From Allosphingosinicella sp. (GTDB lineage: Bacteria; Pseudomonadota; Alphaproteobacteria; Sphingomonadales; Sphingomonadaceae), in assembly GCA_036403015.1 (NCBI GenBank), contig DASWRU010000048.1, forward strand, positions 3,532 to 67,531: a DNA stretch of 64,000 nt, given 5' to 3'. The notes beneath the pieces are model-generated. The model had not been told where the DNA came from, searched no databases, and saw only the letters and a list, made by a program, of their open reading frames with translations. The translations under genes were made by a program, and so were the position numbers. This document shows, piece by piece, positions 52,090-61,557 of the stretch; the first letter of the stretch is position 1; each line of letters begins with the position of its first letter.

Positions 52090-53013
52090 TTAGCCGCGCG
52101 GGAGCGGGGCGGCTAGGGTGCGGGCGGCGCCGCGGGCGGTCCTGACGCTTTCGAAGACGAAGATGGCGAGCGCGGCCCAGATCGCGCCGAAGCAGACGAG
52201 GTGGGCGGCGGTGAGCGGCTCTCCGAAGACGAGCACGGCGAGCAGGAACTGGAGCGAGGGCGCGACATATTGGAGGAAGCCGAGCGTCGAATAAGGCAGG
52301 CGCTTGGCCGCGGCGGTGAAGAGGAGGAGCGGGATCGCCGTCACCGCGCCGCCGCAGACCAGGAGGAGGTCCGTCGTCCGGCTGACGAGGAACCCGCTCG
52401 CGCCCGCGTGCTGGAGCCACAGGATCCAGGCGAGCGCGAGGGGCGTGAGGAAGATCGTCTCGACCGACAGGCCCTCCAGTGCGTCGACCGGAGCGATTTT
52501 GCGAAGGAAACCGTACAAGGCGAAGCTCGCCGCCAGCGTCAGGCTGATCCAGATCGCCCCGCCCGCGCCGGCCGCGAGGATCGCGACGCCGGCCGCGGCC
52601 AGAGCGAAGGCGCCCTTCTGGGCCGCGGTGAGCCGCTCCTTCAGGAAGAAGACCCCGAGGAGCACATTGACCAGGGGATTGAGGAAATAGCCGAGGCTCC
52701 CTTCCAGCACATGGCCGCCGACCACGGCGTAGATGTAGACCAGCCAGTTGACTCCGATCAGCGAGGCGGTGAGCGCCAGCGTCATCGCGACTTTCGGGGT
52801 GGCGAGGGCGGCGCGGATCGCCGGCCCTTTTTTCCAGAGCGCCGCCAGCGCCGCGAGGAAGAAGAGCGACCAAAGGATGCGGTGCGCGACGATCTCGGTC
52901 GGCTTCACCGCCGCCAGCGCCTTGAAATAGAGCGGCAGCACGCCCCAGAGCGCATAGGCACAAAGGCCGAGGAGGAGCCCGCCGCGGGCGCGGGCGTCGG
53001 AAGGATCGGTCAC
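52090..53013 (-). CDS. rarD: EamA/RarD family transporter
   Basis: GLCAYALWGVLPLYFKAL...PTEIVAHRILWS. Ten TM segments. Confidence 0.8.
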   Translation of the reverse strand: MTDPSDARARGGLLLGLCAYALWGVLPLYFKALAAVKPTEIVAHRILWSLFFLAALAALWKKGPAIRAALATPKVAMTLALTASLIGVNWLVYIYAVVGGHVLEGSLGYFLNPLVNVLLGVFFLKERLTAAQKGAFALAAAGVAILAAGAGGAIWISLTLAASFALYGFLRKIAPVDALEGLSVETIFLTPLALAWILWLQHAGASGFLVSRTTDLLLVCGGAVTAIPLLLFTAAAKRLPYSTLGFLQYVAPSLQFLLAVLVFGEPLTAAHLVCFGAIWAALAIFVFESVRTARGAARTLAAPLPRG

Positions 53014-53107
53014 GCCGGGCGACTAGCCGAACGGCGCTCCGCTCCACAAGCGATTGCCGTCGGCGCGCTTTGGGCTATTTTGGCGGCGTGGGGGGAGGAG
53101 AAGACGA

Positions 53108-53635
53108 ATGCCCGGCCTCAAGCTTGCCTGCTTCCTTTCGCTGGCGCCGTTCGCGCTCGCCGGGTGCGGCGCGGACGAAGACGACATGAACCTGGCTCCC
53201 GCCAACACCCAGATCTCCGCGGAGGGTAAGGCGGAGGAAGGCAAGATCTCGGTCAAGGCGCCGGGTTTCGAGCTGAAGTTCAGCCTGCCCAAGGAGATGA
53301 CCGGCGAGGTCAAGGTCGATCGCGACAGCCGCATCTTCTACCCGGACGCGACGATCAGCGGAATGGCGGTCGCCGCCGGGCGGGGGGGCGACGACGGCGG
53401 CGGCAGCGAGGTGGAGTTCCGTTTCGCCAGCGCCGACCCGGTCGACAGGGTGCTCGCCTGGTATCGCAGCCCGGCGCGCTCCGACGGATATCGGCTCGAC
53501 GGCGCGGCCCCGGAAGGCGATGCCTGGGTGATCACCGGCACTCAGAAGCGCGACGGCCATCGCTTCAAGGTGCGGCTGGCGGCCCGCGGCGGCGGCGGGA
53601 CCGACGGCCGTGTCACCGTGCGCCACGACGACTGA
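53108..53635 (+). CDS. hypothetical lipoprotein
   Basis: Inner ATG. Lipobox FALAGC. Confidence 0.55.
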   Translation: MPGLKLACFLSLAPFALAGCGADEDDMNLAPANTQISAEGKAEEGKISVKAPGFELKFSLPKEMTGEVKVDRDSRIFYPDATISGMAVAAGRGGDDGGGSEVEFRFASADPVDRVLAWYRSPARSDGYRLDGAAPEGDAWVITGTQKRDGHRFKVRLAARGGGGTDGRVTVRHDD

Positions 53636-54029
53636 CGGGACGGTGCCAGCGCTCGCCGAGCCCGGGGAGGTGCGGCTCCACCTCGTCGCCGCGGCCAAGG
53701 CGGGGGTGGCCTTGAGCTACGGGGAATTGCTCGAGCGGCTCGGCTACCGCTTCTCGCGGCCCAAGATGCGCGCCCTCTGCGCGATCCTCGGCACGGTCGA
53801 CGAGGAAGCGGCGGCGCAAGGCGAGCCGGAGCTCGCCGTGCTGGTCGTCCGCCAGAGCGACGGCATACCCGGACAAGGCTGGTGGGTGGCCGGCGGTGCC
53901 CGCTCCCGCGGCTATGAGGGGCCGTGGGACGGGCCGGAGGCGCGGCGCTTCATCGCCCGCGTGCAGTCGGAAACTTTCGCCTGGTGGCAGTCCCGGAGCG
54001 GGACAGGCGCCGCAGGGGTGCCGCGTTAA
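53610..54029 (+). CDS. hypothetical protein
   Basis: Start uncertain (GTG at 53610 or 53643). LSYGELLERLGYRFSRPKMRALCAILGTVDEE segment. No family assigned. Confidence 0.45.
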   Translation: MSPCATTTDGTVPALAEPGEVRLHLVAAAKAGVALSYGELLERLGYRFSRPKMRALCAILGTVDEEAAAQGEPELAVLVVRQSDGIPGQGWWVAGGARSRGYEGPWDGPEARRFIARVQSETFAWWQSRSGTGAAGVPR

Positions 54030-54076
54030 CCAGCCTTGGTCACCCATTCTCCGCGGAAATGCGGCATAGGGGTCGG

Positions 54077-54727
54077 ATGCGGAAGCCTTCGCCCCTGCTC
54101 GTCCCCCTTGCCGCGGCGCTTGCGCTGGGCGCGTGCCAGCGCGGCGGCGGCGATGCCGGCAACAATCTCGCCAGCCTCGACAACCAGCTGGTCGGCAACG
54201 ACGTCGATCCGGCGCTGACCAGCGCGCTCGCCGACCAGATCGCGGTCGACCCGAGCCTCGCCAACCAGTCTAACCGCAACGCGGTGCGCACGCCGGAGAC
54301 GCCGACCCAGGCGCAATATCCGGCGCCCGCGCCCGGCCAGCCGGCGGCCCGCCCGGCGGGCGCGGCGGCCGGGGACGACGAAAGCTGCAGCCTCGACGGG
54401 CCGTTCGCCTACGACAATGGCTGGGCCAATCGGCTTCCCGCGGCCTTTCCCGTCTATCCGGGCGGCCGGGTGACCGAGGCGGCGGGATATGACAAGGCAA
54501 GCTGCCGGATGCGGGTGGTGACCTTCACCACGCCAGCCGACTGGCGGCAGGTCGCCGACTGGTATGGCGCGCAGGCGGGCCGCGCCGGTTATTCGGCCCG
54601 GCAGCAGGTGCGCGGCGAGGACCATGTCGTCGCGGGCACCGGGCAGGACGGCGGCTCCTATTACGTGATCGTCACGCCCAAGCCCGCGGGGAGCGAAGTC
54701 GCGCTGGTGGTCGACAAGGGGCGCTGA
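54077..54727 (+). CDS. hypothetical lipoprotein
   Basis: Inner ATG. Lipobox ALALGAC. Confidence 0.55.
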   Translation: MRKPSPLLVPLAAALALGACQRGGGDAGNNLASLDNQLVGNDVDPALTSALADQIAVDPSLANQSNRNAVRTPETPTQAQYPAPAPGQPAARPAGAAAGDDESCSLDGPFAYDNGWANRLPAAFPVYPGGRVTEAAGYDKASCRMRVVTFTTPADWRQVADWYGAQAGRAGYSARQQVRGEDHVVAGTGQDGGSYYVIVTPKPAGSEVALVVDKGR

Positions 54728-54803
54728 CCGCCTCCGCCTCCCGTCGTCGCGATGGGGAGGAAAGCTTCTGGCGCCTCCCGCCCCGCCCCGCTACATCGCC
54801 GCC

Positions 54804-55181
54804 ATGCCCAATTTCCTCTATGTCCTTGTCGGCGGCGCGGCCGGCGCGGGGCTGCGCTACGAAGTCGGGCGGCTGGCGCTGCGCCATGCGGGCGCCGGCT
54901 TCCCGTGGGGGACGCTGGCGGTCAATTTGGCCGGCGGGCTGCTGATGGGCGTGCTGGCCGGGGCGATGGCCGGGGAGGGGACGGCCAGCCGGCCGCTGTG
55001 GCTGCTCCTCTGCGTCGGCGTGCTCGGCGGCTTCACCACCTTTTCCGCCTTCAGCCTCGACATGTTCCTCATGCTCCAGCGCGGCCAGGCGGGGCTCGCG
55101 GCCGGCTATGCCTTGCTCTCGGTGCTGGGCGCGCTGGCCCTGCTGTTCGCCGGCTACGCCCTCGCCAGGGCCGCGGGATGA
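54804..55181 (+). CDS. crcB: fluoride ion channel CrcB/FluC
   Basis: 125 aa. VLVGGAAGAGLRY, FPWGTLAVNLAGG, GGFTTFSAFSLD. Confidence 0.9.
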   Translation: MPNFLYVLVGGAAGAGLRYEVGRLALRHAGAGFPWGTLAVNLAGGLLMGVLAGAMAGEGTASRPLWLLLCVGVLGGFTTFSAFSLDMFLMLQRGQAGLAAGYALLSVLGALALLFAGYALARAAG

Positions 55182-56260
55182 GCGAGGTCCGCCAGTTCAC
55201 CGTCGCGCCGGACGACGACGGCATCCGTCTCGACCGCTGGTTCAAGCGCCATTTGCCCGACGCGAGCTTCAACATGGTCTCGCGCTGGTCGCGAACCGGT
55301 CAGCTGCGCGTCGACGGCAAGCGCGCCGCGCCGGGCGATCGGATCGAGGCGGGGCAGACGATCCGAGTCCCGCCGGCCGAGCCGGCCGCAGCGCCCAGGC
55401 CCAAGGCGGAGCGGCCGAAGCTCAGCGAGGACGAGATCGCCTTCGTCAACGAGATCGTCATCCATCGCGACGAGGCCGGCATCGTCGTCAACAAGCCGCC
55501 GGGCCTCGCCACGCAGGGCGGAACCGGCACGCGCACCCACCTCGACGGCCTGCTCGACGGGCTGGCCGACGATGCGGGGCAGCGGCCCAAGCTCGTCCAC
55601 CGCCTCGACAAGGACACGTCGGGCGTCCTCCTCCTCGCCCGCACCGCGCGGGCGGCGGCCTCCTTCTCCAAGGCCTTTTCCGGACGCACCGCCCGCAAGG
55701 TCTATTGGGCGGTCGTCGTCGGGGTGCCGGAGGTGAAGGACGGCTACATCGACCTGCCGCTCGCCAAGCAGCCCGGCACCGGCGGCGAGAAGATGCACGT
55801 TGAGGAAGGTGAGGAGGGCCTTGCCGCGCGCACCCGCTATCGGGTGATCGAGCGGGCGGGGAACCGCGCCGCCTGGGTGGAGCTCCAGCCGCTCACCGGC
55901 CGCACCCACCAGCTGCGCGTCCACATGGCGGCGATCGGCCACCCGATGGTCGGCGACGGCAAATATGGCGGCCAGGACGCCTTCCTGACCGGCGCGATCA
56001 GCCGCAAGCTCCACCTCCACGCGCGGCGCCTGAGGATCGACCATCCCGACGGCGGGCGAATCGACGTCACCGCCGACCTGCCGCCGCATTTCGCCGAGAC
56101 CATGGCCAATCTCGGCTTCGATATGACGGCCGGCGACCTGCCGCTCGACGAGGTCAAATTCTCCCAGACGCCGGAGGGCAAGCGCCGCGCCGCCACCGCC
56201 GCGGCCAAGGCGCGGCGCAAGGAGCGCAAGGGCGAACGGCGCAGCCGGGGCCGGAGCTGA
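55178..56260 (+). CDS. RluA family 23S rRNA pseudouridine synthase (RluC-like)
   Basis: ATGA overlap with crcB. S4-like N-terminus, catalytic HRLDKDTSGVLLLA, and a basic Lys/Arg tail. Confidence 0.85.
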   Translation: MSEVRQFTVAPDDDGIRLDRWFKRHLPDASFNMVSRWSRTGQLRVDGKRAAPGDRIEAGQTIRVPPAEPAAAPRPKAERPKLSEDEIAFVNEIVIHRDEAGIVVNKPPGLATQGGTGTRTHLDGLLDGLADDAGQRPKLVHRLDKDTSGVLLLARTARAAASFSKAFSGRTARKVYWAVVVGVPEVKDGYIDLPLAKQPGTGGEKMHVEEGEEGLAARTRYRVIERAGNRAAWVELQPLTGRTHQLRVHMAAIGHPMVGDGKYGGQDAFLTGAISRKLHLHARRLRIDHPDGGRIDVTADLPPHFAETMANLGFDMTAGDLPLDEVKFSQTPEGKRRAATAAAKARRKERKGERRSRGRS

Positions 56261-56877
56261 TGCACCCGAACCGCAAATTCCATGTCGAAGACCAGGAGGC
56301 GATGGCGCGCTTCGTGCGGGAGGCGGGGTTCGGCCTCGTCGCGGTGCAGACGGAGGCGGGCCTGCGCGCCGTCCATGTCCCGCTCCTCGTGGAGGGCGAG
56401 CGCCTCCGCTTCCACGTCAGCCGCGGCAATGCGGTCCACGCGGCGCTGCTCGAGGGCGGCGAGGCGCTGGCGGTGGTGAACGGCCCCCACGCTTATATCA
56501 GCCCCGACTGGTACGGGCTGGAGGGCCGAGTGCCGACCTGGAACTATGTCGCGGTCGAGCTGAACGGACCGGTGCGGCCGCTCGATGGGGACGCTCTGGT
56601 CCGCCTGCTCGACGCGATGTCGGCCGAGCACGAAGGGCGGCTCGAGCCGAAGCCGGCCTGGACCCGCGACAAGATGGGCCCCGGCCGGTTCGAGGCCCTG
56701 CTCAAGGCGATCGGCGGGTTCGAAATGGAGATCGCCGCCTGGCGCGGCACCGCCAAGATCGACCAGGACAAGCCGCCGGAAGTGCGGGAGCGCATCGCGC
56801 AGGCGCTCGACGGCAGGGGCGAGGCCGGCATGGCCGCGCTTATGCGCCCCGGCTCCTCGGGGATCGACCATGTCTAG
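56260..56877 (+). CDS. FMN-binding negative transcriptional regulator (PaiB family)
   Basis: GPHAYISPDWYGLEGRVPTWNYVAVELNG and KIDQDKPPE motifs. Confidence 0.8.
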   Translation: MHPNRKFHVEDQEAMARFVREAGFGLVAVQTEAGLRAVHVPLLVEGERLRFHVSRGNAVHAALLEGGEALAVVNGPHAYISPDWYGLEGRVPTWNYVAVELNGPVRPLDGDALVRLLDAMSAEHEGRLEPKPAWTRDKMGPGRFEALLKAIGGFEMEIAAWRGTAKIDQDKPPEVRERIAQALDGRGEAGMAALMRPGSSGIDHV

Positions 56878-57478
56878 GGCCGCCGAGTCCGTCATCGGGG
56901 CCGTGGTGGCAGCCGCGGGCCGGGCGGTGGGCGCCGTCCAGACCGCCCTTGGCCTGCAGCCGCGCGAGCGCCCGCTCACCGCAGCAGAGACCGCTTTGCT
57001 GCGCCGGGTCTATCGCGGCTCGGTCGACCTGTCGCGAGTGCGCATCGTCGCCGGCCGCGCGGGCCTCTTCAGCCTCAGCGGCCGGCCCTTCACGCTGGGC
57101 GACCGCATCTACCTGAAGGGTTTCGACCCGGCCGCGCGGGTGGACGTCCTGGTCCACGAATGCTGTCACGTCTGGCAGCACCAGCGCGAGGGGATAAGCT
57201 ATATCGGCGGCGCGATCCTGGCGCAGCTGGGCAAGGGGCGCGGCGCCTACGACTGGCAGGCCGAGCGGCGTGCGGCCAAAGCCTGGCCCCAGTTCAATCG
57301 CGAGGCTCAGGCGCAGCTCGTCCAGGACCTGTTCCGCGACGGCGGCCGCGCCGGACGCACGGGAGACGGCGCCTTCTTCGACGAGGAGCCGCTGGGGCAG
57401 GATGTATCGTTCATCGTCCGCGGCGAGGATCTGACCGCCTTCGCGCGGGCGAGCATCGAACATGTCCGGGCTGGGTGA
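56870..57478 (+). CDS. DUF4157-like putative zinc metallopeptidase
   Basis: Inner ATG overlapping the paiB-family stop by 8 nt. LSRVRIV...RPFTLGDRIYL...LVHECCHVWQHQ (HExxH). Confidence 0.55.
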   Translation: MSRAAESVIGAVVAAAGRAVGAVQTALGLQPRERPLTAAETALLRRVYRGSVDLSRVRIVAGRAGLFSLSGRPFTLGDRIYLKGFDPAARVDVLVHECCHVWQHQREGISYIGGAILAQLGKGRGAYDWQAERRAAKAWPQFNREAQAQLVQDLFRDGGRAGRTGDGAFFDEEPLGQDVSFIVRGEDLTAFARASIEHVRAG

Positions 57479-57488
57479 GGAGGCGCCG

Positions 57489-58148
57489 ATGAACCGCCTC
57501 GCCCTCTTCGACTGCGATGGCACCCTTGTCGACGGGCAGGCGGCCATATGCCTTGCGATGGAGGAATGCTTCGCTCGGGCGAAGCTTCCGCCGCCGCCGC
57601 GCGAGCGGACTCGGCGGGTGGTGGGCCTCAGCCTCCTCGAGGCGATGCGCACGATGCTGCCGGAAGGCGCGGATTCGCTGCACGCCGCGCTCGCCGAGGA
57701 TTACAAAGCGGCGTTCCACCGGCTGCGCGGACGCGGAGAGATCGAGGAGCCGCTCTACGAGGGCATTGCCGCTTCGCTCGATGCGCTGGAGGCGGACGGC
57801 TGGCTGATCGGCGTCGCGACCGGGAAGTCCGACCGGGGGCTGCGGCTCTGCCTGGAACGTCACGGCCTCGGCGCCCGCTTCGCGACGCTGCAGACCGCCG
57901 ACCGCCACCCCTCCAAGCCGCACCCGTCGATGATCGAGGCGGCCCTTGCGGAAACGGGGGCGAGCCCCGACCTCAGCGCGATGATCGGCGACACGAGCTA
58001 CGACATGGCGATGGCGAAGGCGGCGGGGGTGAGGGCGATCGGCGTCGCCTGGGGCTATCACGAACCGGCGGAGCTTCTGGCGGCGGGCGCGGACGAAATC
58101 GCCGCGCACCCGGCCGAGCTTCCCGCGCTGATGGGAGCCTTCGCATGA
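57489..58148 (+). CDS. HAD family phosphatase (phosphoglycolate phosphatase-like)
   Basis: LALFDCDGTLVDG motif I, VATGKS, and GDTSYDMAMAKAAG motif III. GAGGAGG RBS. Confidence 0.85.
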   Translation: MNRLALFDCDGTLVDGQAAICLAMEECFARAKLPPPPRERTRRVVGLSLLEAMRTMLPEGADSLHAALAEDYKAAFHRLRGRGEIEEPLYEGIAASLDALEADGWLIGVATGKSDRGLRLCLERHGLGARFATLQTADRHPSKPHPSMIEAALAETGASPDLSAMIGDTSYDMAMAKAAGVRAIGVAWGYHEPAELLAAGADEIAAHPAELPALMGAFA

Positions 58149-58375
58149 CGCAGCAGGACGAGGATCTCTGGCGCAACCGGTTCATCATTGTGAACATGGC
58201 CCGGATCGGCGCGACGATCGTGGTGCTGATCGGACTCGCCATCTGGTACAGCGACATCCTCGTCGAAGGCGGCTCGGCCGTGGTGGGGCTGCCGCTCGCC
58301 ATCGCCGGAGTCGCGGCGAGCTTCTGGGCTCCGACGGCCCTCTCCCGTCACTGGAAGCGGCGCGACGGCCGGTGA
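58145..58375 (+). CDS. small two-TM membrane protein
   Basis: 76 aa. ATGA overlap with the upstream gene and GTGA overlap with the downstream gene. Confidence 0.45.
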   Translation: MTQQDEDLWRNRFIIVNMARIGATIVVLIGLAIWYSDILVEGGSAVVGLPLAIAGVAASFWAPTALSRHWKRRDGR

Positions 58376-59061
58376 AGCGCTTCTACAAGGACGCGACGGC
58401 GTCGCCGCAGGACGGCGGCGTCGCGGTGCTGCTCGACGGGCGGCCGGTGAAGACGCCGGCGCGCCACGCCCTGCGCGTCCCCAACGCGCGGCTGGCAGAG
58501 GCGATCGCGGCAGAATGGAAGGCGCAGGGGGAGACGATCGAGCCCCACACGATGCCGCTCACCGGCCTCGCCAATGCGGCCATCGACCGGGTCGCGCCCG
58601 ACCCGGAGGCTTTCGCCCGCGGCCTTGTCCGCTATGGCGAGGCCGACCTCCTTTGCTACCGCGCCGATGCGCCGCGGCCGCTGGTCGAGCGCCAGGCGGC
58701 GCTCTGGGACCCGTTGCTGGACTGGGCGCGGCGGCGGTTCGACGCGGAGTTCGAAACGGTTTGCGGCATCATGCACCGCCCCCAGCCGGAAGCGACCGTC
58801 GAGCGGCTCGCCGCCGCGGTGATGGCGCGCGGCGCCTTTGAGCTCGCCGGCCTCGCGCCGCTGGTGACGGTGTCGGGCTCGCTGCTGATCGCGCTGGCGC
58901 TCGCGGAAGGGGCGGTCGGGCTGGAGCAGGCCTGGTCGGCGGCGACGCTGGACGAGGCGTGGCAGGCGGAGCAATGGGGCGACGACCCGCTCGCCGCCGC
59001 CGCCCATGACGAGCGGCGGCGCGATTTCGACGCGGGGTATCTCTTCCTTACGCTTCTGTAG
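58372..59061 (+). CDS. ATP12 family F1-ATPase assembly chaperone
   Basis: MKRFYKDATASPQDGGVAVLLDGRPVKTPARHAL...IAAEWKAQGETI pattern. Confidence 0.8.
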   Translation: MKRFYKDATASPQDGGVAVLLDGRPVKTPARHALRVPNARLAEAIAAEWKAQGETIEPHTMPLTGLANAAIDRVAPDPEAFARGLVRYGEADLLCYRADAPRPLVERQAALWDPLLDWARRRFDAEFETVCGIMHRPQPEATVERLAAAVMARGAFELAGLAPLVTVSGSLLIALALAEGAVGLEQAWSAATLDEAWQAEQWGDDPLAAAAHDERRRDFDAGYLFLTLL

Positions 59062-59683
59062 CCGGCGCTTCTGTAGCCGGCGCTTCTGTAGCCGGCGCTT
59101 CGTAGGCCGCGGCGGGCTCCGCGGCGGCCGGCCGGTAATGCGGCAGGAACCAGCGGGCGATGACGAGGCCGGCGAGGATCAAGGCGATATTCTCGACCAC
59201 GAAGGAATAGATCCAGAAGCGCCAGCCGAAATGGTTGAAGATCGGCGTCGCCAGGAACTCCCAGGCCGTGAAGGCAAGGGTGTAGAGCACGACCAGCCGG
59301 GCGACCGGGCCGAAGGCGCGCCCGCCGCCGCCGACCGAAGCGAGGGCGAAGGCCATGAGCAATCCGGTGATCTCCGCCATCACGAAGCCCGGCAGGATCA
59401 TGCCCATGTCGTCGGGCGCGAAGCCGGCATTGTTGTAATCGACCATCGCGACGGGCCCGCGCGTATAGGCGGAGGCGCCGTCGCGGGAGCGCGGATCGGG
59501 GATCTTGTAGGTGCCGTTGCCGTTTTGAGCGAGGTTCTGGGCGAGGCTGGTCTGCACCGCCGCCTGCTGCGCGTCGCTGGCGTGGGTGAAAGGTATATCG
59601 CCGAGCGGCGTCGCCCAGAATATGTAGCCCATGACGAAGATGATGAGGCCGCCCAGCAGGCCGCCGATCAGGGTCCGTACCAT
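59048..59683 (-). CDS. hypothetical polytopic membrane protein with C-terminal EAPAT repeats
   Basis: 211 aa, four TM segments. The 3' end overlaps the convergent ATP12 gene by 14 nt. Confidence 0.55.
   Translation of the reverse strand: MVRTLIGGLLGGLIIFVMGYIFWATPLGDIPFTHASDAQQAAVQTSLAQNLAQNGNGTYKIPDPRSRDGASAYTRGPVAMVDYNNAGFAPDDMGMILPGFVMAEITGLLMAFALASVGGGGRAFGPVARLVVLYTLAFTAWEFLATPIFNHFGWRFWIYSFVVENIALILAGLVIARWFLPHYRPAAAEPAAAYEAPATEAPATEAPATEA
59051..59110. repeat. 15-bp tandem repeat (3 perfect + 1 degenerate units)
   Basis: CGCTTCTGTAGCCGG x3, then CGCTTCGTAGGCCGC. On the minus strand it encodes EAPATEAPATEAPATEA. Confidence 0.9.
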
Positions 59684-59770
59684 CGAGATCCTCCCCCTAT
59701 GAAGCGGCGAGCGTAGCGCAAAGCCGGGGCGGGGGTAATCCCCCTCCCGGCGTGCGGGTGGGGCGTAGGC

Positions 59771-60403
59771 CTAGCCGATCAGGCTGCGGACGAAATCGTG
59801 GAGGAAGACGCGGCGGGAGGCCTTGAGCCGCTCGGCCTTGAGGATGGTGTGGACGAGCTTCAGGCAATGCTGCGCATCGTCGTTGATGAGGACATAATCA
59901 TATTCGGCCCAGTGGCTGATCTCGACCGTCGAGCGCGCCATGCGCCGCTCGATCACCGCCTCGCTGTCGGTCTTGCGCGAGCGCAGGCGCCGCTCCAGCT
60001 CCTCCATCGAGGGCGGGAGGATGAAGACGCGGACGATGTCCGGGTCGACCTGCTTCAATTGCTGGGTGCCCTGCCAGTCGATGTCGAGCAGGACGTCGCG
60101 CCCGCCCTCGATCTGCTTCACCACCTCTCGCTTCAGAGTGCCGTAGCGGTGGCCGAAGACGTGCGCCCATTCCAGGAACTCGCCGGCCGCGATCCGCCGC
60201 TCGAACTCGTCGTCGGAGACGAAGTGATAATCCCGGCCGTCCACCTCCCCGGGCCGCATCGGGCGGGTGGTGGCGGAGACGGAGAGGCCGATGCCGTCGT
60301 CCCGTTCCAGCAGCATGTGCGAGATGGTGGTCTTGCCCGCCCCGCTCGGGCTCGACAGGACGAAGAGGAGGCCGCGCCGCAGGAGAGGATTGTGGGTCGC
60401 CAT
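59771..60403 (-). CDS. gmk: guanylate kinase
   Basis: Inner start. P-loop SSPSGAGKTT, ATTRPMRPGEVDGRDYHF, EWAHVFGHRYGT. Confidence 0.92.
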   Translation of the reverse strand: MATHNPLLRRGLLFVLSSPSGAGKTTISHMLLERDDGIGLSVSATTRPMRPGEVDGRDYHFVSDDEFERRIAAGEFLEWAHVFGHRYGTLKREVVKQIEGGRDVLLDIDWQGTQQLKQVDPDIVRVFILPPSMEELERRLRSRKTDSEAVIERRMARSTVEISHWAEYDYVLINDDAQHCLKLVHTILKAERLKASRRVFLHDFVRSLIG

Positions 60404-60451
60404 GCGCGCTACTGGCTTGCCACCCGCCGCTCCGTCAAGCAGGCTCTCGCC

Positions 60452-60976
60452 ATGGCGGGATTCGTGGGGCTGTTGAGGGGGATCAATGTCGGCGGCCACG
60501 CGCGGCTGCCGATGGCCGCGCTGAGGGAGATCTGTGCCGGGCTCGGCTGGGAGAAGGTCGAAACCTACATCCAGAGCGGCAATTTCGTCTTCGAGGCGGA
60601 GGGGAGGGAAGCCACGCTCGAGGCGGCGCTGGAGGCGGCGCTTCCCCTGCGGGTTCCGGTGCTCGTGCGCGCGGCCCCGGCCTGGCGCCGGCTCGTCGCC
60701 GCCAACCCCTTCGCGGCCGAGGCGCAAGACGAGGCGCAGCGCGTCCTCACCGGCCTTTCGAAACGCCCGCCGGCGGCCGGCGCCGCTGCCGCCATCGAGG
60801 CCAAGGCCGCGGCCGGCGAGCGCGTCTTGGAAGCCGGCGGCGCGCTCTGGTTCCACTATCCCGAGGGCGTCGGCACGTCGAAGCTGACACCGGCGCTGAT
60901 TGACCGGGCCGCGGGCTCGCCGGTCACCGCCCGCAACTGGCGCACCCTGCAGAAGCTCGAGGAGATGCTCGGATGA
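60452..60976 (+). CDS. DUF1697 domain protein
   Basis: Inner ATG. GLLRGINVGGHARLPMAALREI...VETYIQSGNFVF. Confidence 0.75.
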   Translation: MAGFVGLLRGINVGGHARLPMAALREICAGLGWEKVETYIQSGNFVFEAEGREATLEAALEAALPLRVPVLVRAAPAWRRLVAANPFAAEAQDEAQRVLTGLSKRPPAAGAAAAIEAKAAAGERVLEAGGALWFHYPEGVGTSKLTPALIDRAAGSPVTARNWRTLQKLEEMLG

Positions 60977-61545
60977 CCACCGCGCCGCTCATTCCCCGCC
61001 GCTACTGGTATGTCACCTTCGCCATCGTCGCGGTCGCGGCGGCGATCCTCCTGTGGATGGGGCGGCCGCCCATCTGCACTTGCGGCACGGTGAAGCTCTG
61101 GGTGGGGACGGTGAACGGCCCCGACAACAGCCAGCATATCGCCGACTGGTACACGCCGAGCCACATCGTCCACGGCTTCCTGTTCTACGCGCTCGGCTGG
61201 CTGTGCCTGAGGCGCAATCCGCCCGGCGACCGGCTGCTCGCCGCCGTCACCATCGAGGCGGCGTGGGAGCTGCTCGAGAACAGCCCGTGGATCATCGAGC
61301 GCTACCGCCACGCGACCATGGCGCTCGGCTATAATGGCGACAGCGTCATCAACTCGGTCGCGGATATCTCCTGGATGCTGCTCGGCTTCGCGGTCGCCCG
61401 GCGGCTGCCGGTGTGGGCGACCGTGGCGATCGCGGTGGGGCTGGAGCTGCTGGCCCTGGCGGTGATCCGCGACAATCTGACGCTGAACGTCATCATGCTG
61501 GTGGCGCCCAGCAACGCCATCAGGGCGTGGCAGGCCGGAGCCTGA
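60973..61545 (+). CDS. DUF2585 (UPF0314) family membrane protein
   Basis: ICTCGTVKLWVG...QHIADWYTPSHIVHGFLFY...EAAWELLENSPWIIERYR. Confidence 0.75.
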   Translation: MTTAPLIPRRYWYVTFAIVAVAAAILLWMGRPPICTCGTVKLWVGTVNGPDNSQHIADWYTPSHIVHGFLFYALGWLCLRRNPPGDRLLAAVTIEAAWELLENSPWIIERYRHATMALGYNGDSVINSVADISWMLLGFAVARRLPVWATVAIAVGLELLALAVIRDNLTLNVIMLVAPSNAIRAWQAGA

Positions 61546-61557
61546 CTTAAAGCCAAA

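Noticed and set aside
54728-54803. Possible fluoride riboswitch upstream of crcB
   Set aside because: Only a GCGATGGGG fragment resembles the crcB motif. The conserved downstream CUGAUGA...CCUAC pseudoknot half and the short P1/P3 helices are not present. An Infernal scan with RF01734 would settle it.
59051-59110. CRISPR-like or other array
   Set aside because: These are head-to-tail 15-bp units with no spacers, lying inside coding sequence. It is a simple tandem repeat. No CRISPR array occurs anywhere in the window.
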